A stretch of 20,000 nucleotides of DNA from Candidatus Woesearchaeota archaeon CG1_02_57_44 (GTDB lineage Archaea; Nanobdellota; Nanobdellia; Woesearchaeales; CG1-02-57-44): contig MNWW01000058.1 in assembly GCA_001871415.1 (NCBI GenBank), positions 110,483-130,482 on the forward strand. The letters are read 5' to 3'. The notes under the pieces are model-generated. The model was not told the DNA's origin and made no database searches. It saw nothing but the letters and a program-made list of their open reading frames with translations. The position numbers and the translations under genes were made by a program. Numbering within the stretch: position 1 is the stretch's first letter; the number at the start of each line of letters is the position of its first letter. Below are positions 17,183 through 20,000 of the stretch, piece by piece.

Positions 17183-19885
17183 CTATCTGCGGCCAAACCA
17201 GTGTCCGATGGCTTCACTGATGTCCTTGTTGGTTGTCTGCTCGCAGACCGCCTCGATGGCACGCTGCGGGCTCCAGGCTGGATTCTGGATGTAGGTCAGC
17301 GGAGCGACAAGGTGGGTGAGCTGCTGGGCAGCGTAGAGTATCTGTCCGCTTACCCTGATCCTGTCCTGGTATGCGTCCTGCACCACGGCGTGGGAAGGAT
17401 CGCCGGGCCACTGCTCCGCGATGCGCTGCAATGATAATTTTCGCAGGATGTCATGCTCGCTTCTGGCCCAAGCGGAAGGCGGGTCGCTCCTATTGAACAA
17501 CCCAGGTTCGACCTGGTTCTTGGAGCAGTCATAGAGGAACGCGGCGCGTGTCAGGGTCTCCACTTGCTCCTTTCCGATGATGCGTTTCTCTGCCAGACGC
17601 GTGCAGATGAGATTCGTCGCCAGGGCGCGCATGAGCGAGCCATACAGATTGCCGGTCACAGCGTCGAAGCGCGCGATATTGATGCCTGGAATATCCACCA
17701 TGGTCTCGAGGGGTCCCCATATCTCACCTTCCCTTCTCGGCAATGCTCGCGCCTCGCGGTAGGGTGCATCTTCCAGATGCAACGCTGACTCGCGGATGAA
17801 GATGGCGGATTGCAGGTTCGTCTGCCAGTATTCGATCAATCGTGCCTGCAGCTTCTGTTGGCCTGCCGCGCGCGAGCTCGGGTCGACTTTGTAGGGGTTG
17901 TCGAGCACCAGATAGATGCCGGTCAGGTCATGGGCCGTGACCGGTTCTTCCAGGCCTTTTATCGATGTCGGCGCCCATTCCTGGAGTGTGAAGGAATATC
18001 TGGCAACAGCAGCAGTGGCTGGGCCGAGCATGACATGTCCTGGGACCTTGGTGACGGCGCCCTCCATACGGCTGGCGATATTCACATCATCGCCCATGAC
18101 CGTGTACGCTGGTTTCTGCGGCGCACCTGATGAGCCAGATATCACGTCGCCCGAATTGATGCCGATGCGGATGCCCATTTCCCGTTTCGGTGTACCGTCC
18201 GGGTGATGGTACATCTCCCGTATGCACCATGCTGCCAGGCACATCTGTTCAACATGCGCGTTGCTCGCCCGTTCCTGGTCAGGGGTGTCGCCGATAGGCA
18301 GTCCTCCTATCGCCATGATGGCGTCACCTTCATACTTGTCGACCCAGATGCCTAGTCCCATGAGCGCCCCGACCATTGGCGTATTGATGTCTATCATGGT
18401 CGTGTTGATTACCTGCGGCGCCTGTTCCGGTGTGCCTGCATCCAGCATGCGTTGCCTCACGCTTCTGGACCATGCCGTGAACCCTGCCGCGTCAGTGAAC
18501 AACATGGTCGCCGGGTGGTGTGTGGACGTGAGCGTACCGTCCACCAGCGCCCTGCCTATGCCTCTTGGCAGCATCTGCGTGAATGCGGCAGCGTACTTGG
18601 CGGTTTGTTCAACCGCGCTTCGCAGCTGTTCCTGCGCAAGGACCACGCGCTGGGTCCTGGCTTGTTGCGCGGCAAGCGCTGCCTGCAGATCATCTATCTG
18701 ACGGGAATAACCAAAGGGGCTGGCGGCCCGGGCCAACAGGTTGGGCAGGAGTCCCTGCTGGTCCCAGATGGTGTAATGTACACACGTTGGCGTCATGCCC
18801 GTCACTTCAGGCATCTGGGATTTTCCACGCGGTCTGTTATCCTGGGTTATGGTCGCCTGATGCTGTACATTGTAGAACTGGTCCTTGCGCAACACCGACC
18901 TGCCATTGACATCTACGGCATGGGTGCAGAGGAATGCGATATTGGGGTCTTCTGGCCACATGAATTCCCCGACACGGGTCATGGGAATGTAGTCTGAACG
19001 CAAGCGCTGATAATCCATGCCCTCGATGGGAGTCAGCTGATCGATTAGCTCATCACGGCTGCGGCTCTTCTGGAAGGGCAGCAATGTCGGAGGACTGAGC
19101 ATGGTCACAAATGAGCCAACAATCGCGCCATTGAAATACAGGTCAGGGCCATTGCGATAGATGTCCGCATCAAGGTTGAACAAGTCCGCGGATTCGCGCA
19201 AGATCTGCATGACATCGCAGCCACAGTGCGTCTCGACCAGGTGCGTGTTTTCCTCCCGTTTGCCGATGGAGGGCATATAGGCGTATACGCCTGTGGTGAA
19301 ATGGCAGTCCCACAGGCGTGGCGGCACCAGGTACGCACTGAAGACAAGGCCCTGCTGAGGGTCTCGCAGACCGTCATCGGTAAACGGGCGAAGCAGGTTC
19401 TGGAACTGGTGCGTATGGCTCAGCATGGCGCTGAGTACACTTGTGGTTCCTCCTAGTCTGCTGAGCGTCGCCAGGCCACTGAGGGTCGCTCCTCCCTGGT
19501 TAAGGTCATAGTAGTGGTATCCCGCGTCATAGAGCGCCAAGGGGTCCTGGAAATGGTCTACGATGGCGGTGACTACCTGACTGACCTCCTGGTAGGTTGC
19601 GCCATCATCCGGTTCCAGCGGTAATGCCGTCTTTTGCAGCCACGGCGCGGCCTCAAGGAGCCATTCCAGTACTTCCCGGTTTTTTGGGTCCTTGATGGAT
19701 GGTGCGCTCATGGCCGCAGGCGGCATGCGCTTGCCATCGCGTGCTTCCAAGCTGCGCACCAGCGCGTACTGTACCACTGTCATGACATTCCTGCCAAAGA
19801 CCATGGGGCTATAGCTGGAGAGCCACGAATGCGTCAGCATGTCTTCAAGCCCTAAAGGGTCTGCCATGGGCAACAGGTGTGGCAT
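17183..19885 (-). CDS. Multidomain class III adenylate/guanylate cyclase with an N-terminal sensor-like region and a degenerate HD-GYP-like C-terminus
   Basis: Cyclase motifs TMLFTDAAGFTAWS, VDKYEGDAIMA, IRIGINSG and YTVMGDDVNIASRMEG, preceded by a Q/A-rich coiled coil. The start may instead be ATG 19867, which has TATA-like ATTATTAA 23 nt upstream. Confidence 0.88.
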   Translation of the reverse strand: MPHLLPMADPLGLEDMLTHSWLSSYSPMVFGRNVMTVVQYALVRSLEARDGKRMPPAAMSAPSIKDPKNREVLEWLLEAAPWLQKTALPLEPDDGATYQEVSQVVTAIVDHFQDPLALYDAGYHYYDLNQGGATLSGLATLSRLGGTTSVLSAMLSHTHQFQNLLRPFTDDGLRDPQQGLVFSAYLVPPRLWDCHFTTGVYAYMPSIGKREENTHLVETHCGCDVMQILRESADLFNLDADIYRNGPDLYFNGAIVGSFVTMLSPPTLLPFQKSRSRDELIDQLTPIEGMDYQRLRSDYIPMTRVGEFMWPEDPNIAFLCTHAVDVNGRSVLRKDQFYNVQHQATITQDNRPRGKSQMPEVTGMTPTCVHYTIWDQQGLLPNLLARAASPFGYSRQIDDLQAALAAQQARTQRVVLAQEQLRSAVEQTAKYAAAFTQMLPRGIGRALVDGTLTSTHHPATMLFTDAAGFTAWSRSVRQRMLDAGTPEQAPQVINTTMIDINTPMVGALMGLGIWVDKYEGDAIMAIGGLPIGDTPDQERASNAHVEQMCLAAWCIREMYHHPDGTPKREMGIRIGINSGDVISGSSGAPQKPAYTVMGDDVNIASRMEGAVTKVPGHVMLGPATAAVARYSFTLQEWAPTSIKGLEEPVTAHDLTGIYLVLDNPYKVDPSSRAAGQQKLQARLIEYWQTNLQSAIFIRESALHLEDAPYREARALPRREGEIWGPLETMVDIPGINIARFDAVTGNLYGSLMRALATNLICTRLAEKRIIGKEQVETLTRAAFLYDCSKNQVEPGLFNRSDPPSAWARSEHDILRKLSLQRIAEQWPGDPSHAVVQDAYQDRIRVSGQILYAAQQLTHLVAPLTYIQNPAWSPQRAIEAVCEQTTNKDISEAIGHWFGRR

Positions 19886-20000
19886 GATGGTTAATAATGT
19901 TTTTATCCTGTAGTGGTATCTAAATCCTGTTCACATGGAGGTGATTGCGTAATTCACAGGGACTGTTCCGGTTGCCTGTACGAAATATTTAAGAAGGCCA

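Overview
GC-rich window with archaeal expression signals: TATA boxes 22-23 nt before leaderless starts, (G)AGGTGA ribosome-binding sites and two TrmB-family regulators. My inference is a DPANN (Woesearchaeota-like) archaeon; this needs phylogenetic confirmation. Left part: a partial TrmB regulator divergent from a 34-aa sORF, a secreted protein with a Tsx/DUF5020-like beta-barrel pattern and a hypothetical gene; a Fur/Zur regulator divergent from a ZIP transporter with a 25-bp palindromic operator; a membrane protein; and a methyltransferase plus B12-radical SAM operon divergent from a second TrmB. Middle: a branched-chain amino acid (BCAA) cluster, with ilvE divergent from leuA-ilvB-ilvN-leuC-leuD-leuB-ilvC and no ilvD in the window. 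Right end: a 900-aa class III adenylate cyclase with a degenerate HD-GYP-like tail. The top finding, absent from the ORF track, is a leaderless 24-codon ORF (8448-8522) ending in VLLLVLVL directly upstream of leuA. It is followed by a hairpin, and its control codons can pair with the leuA Shine-Dalgarno site. This looks like a ribosome-mediated Leu/Val/Ile attenuator behind an archaeal promoter. All family assignments come from motif recognition; no searches were run.
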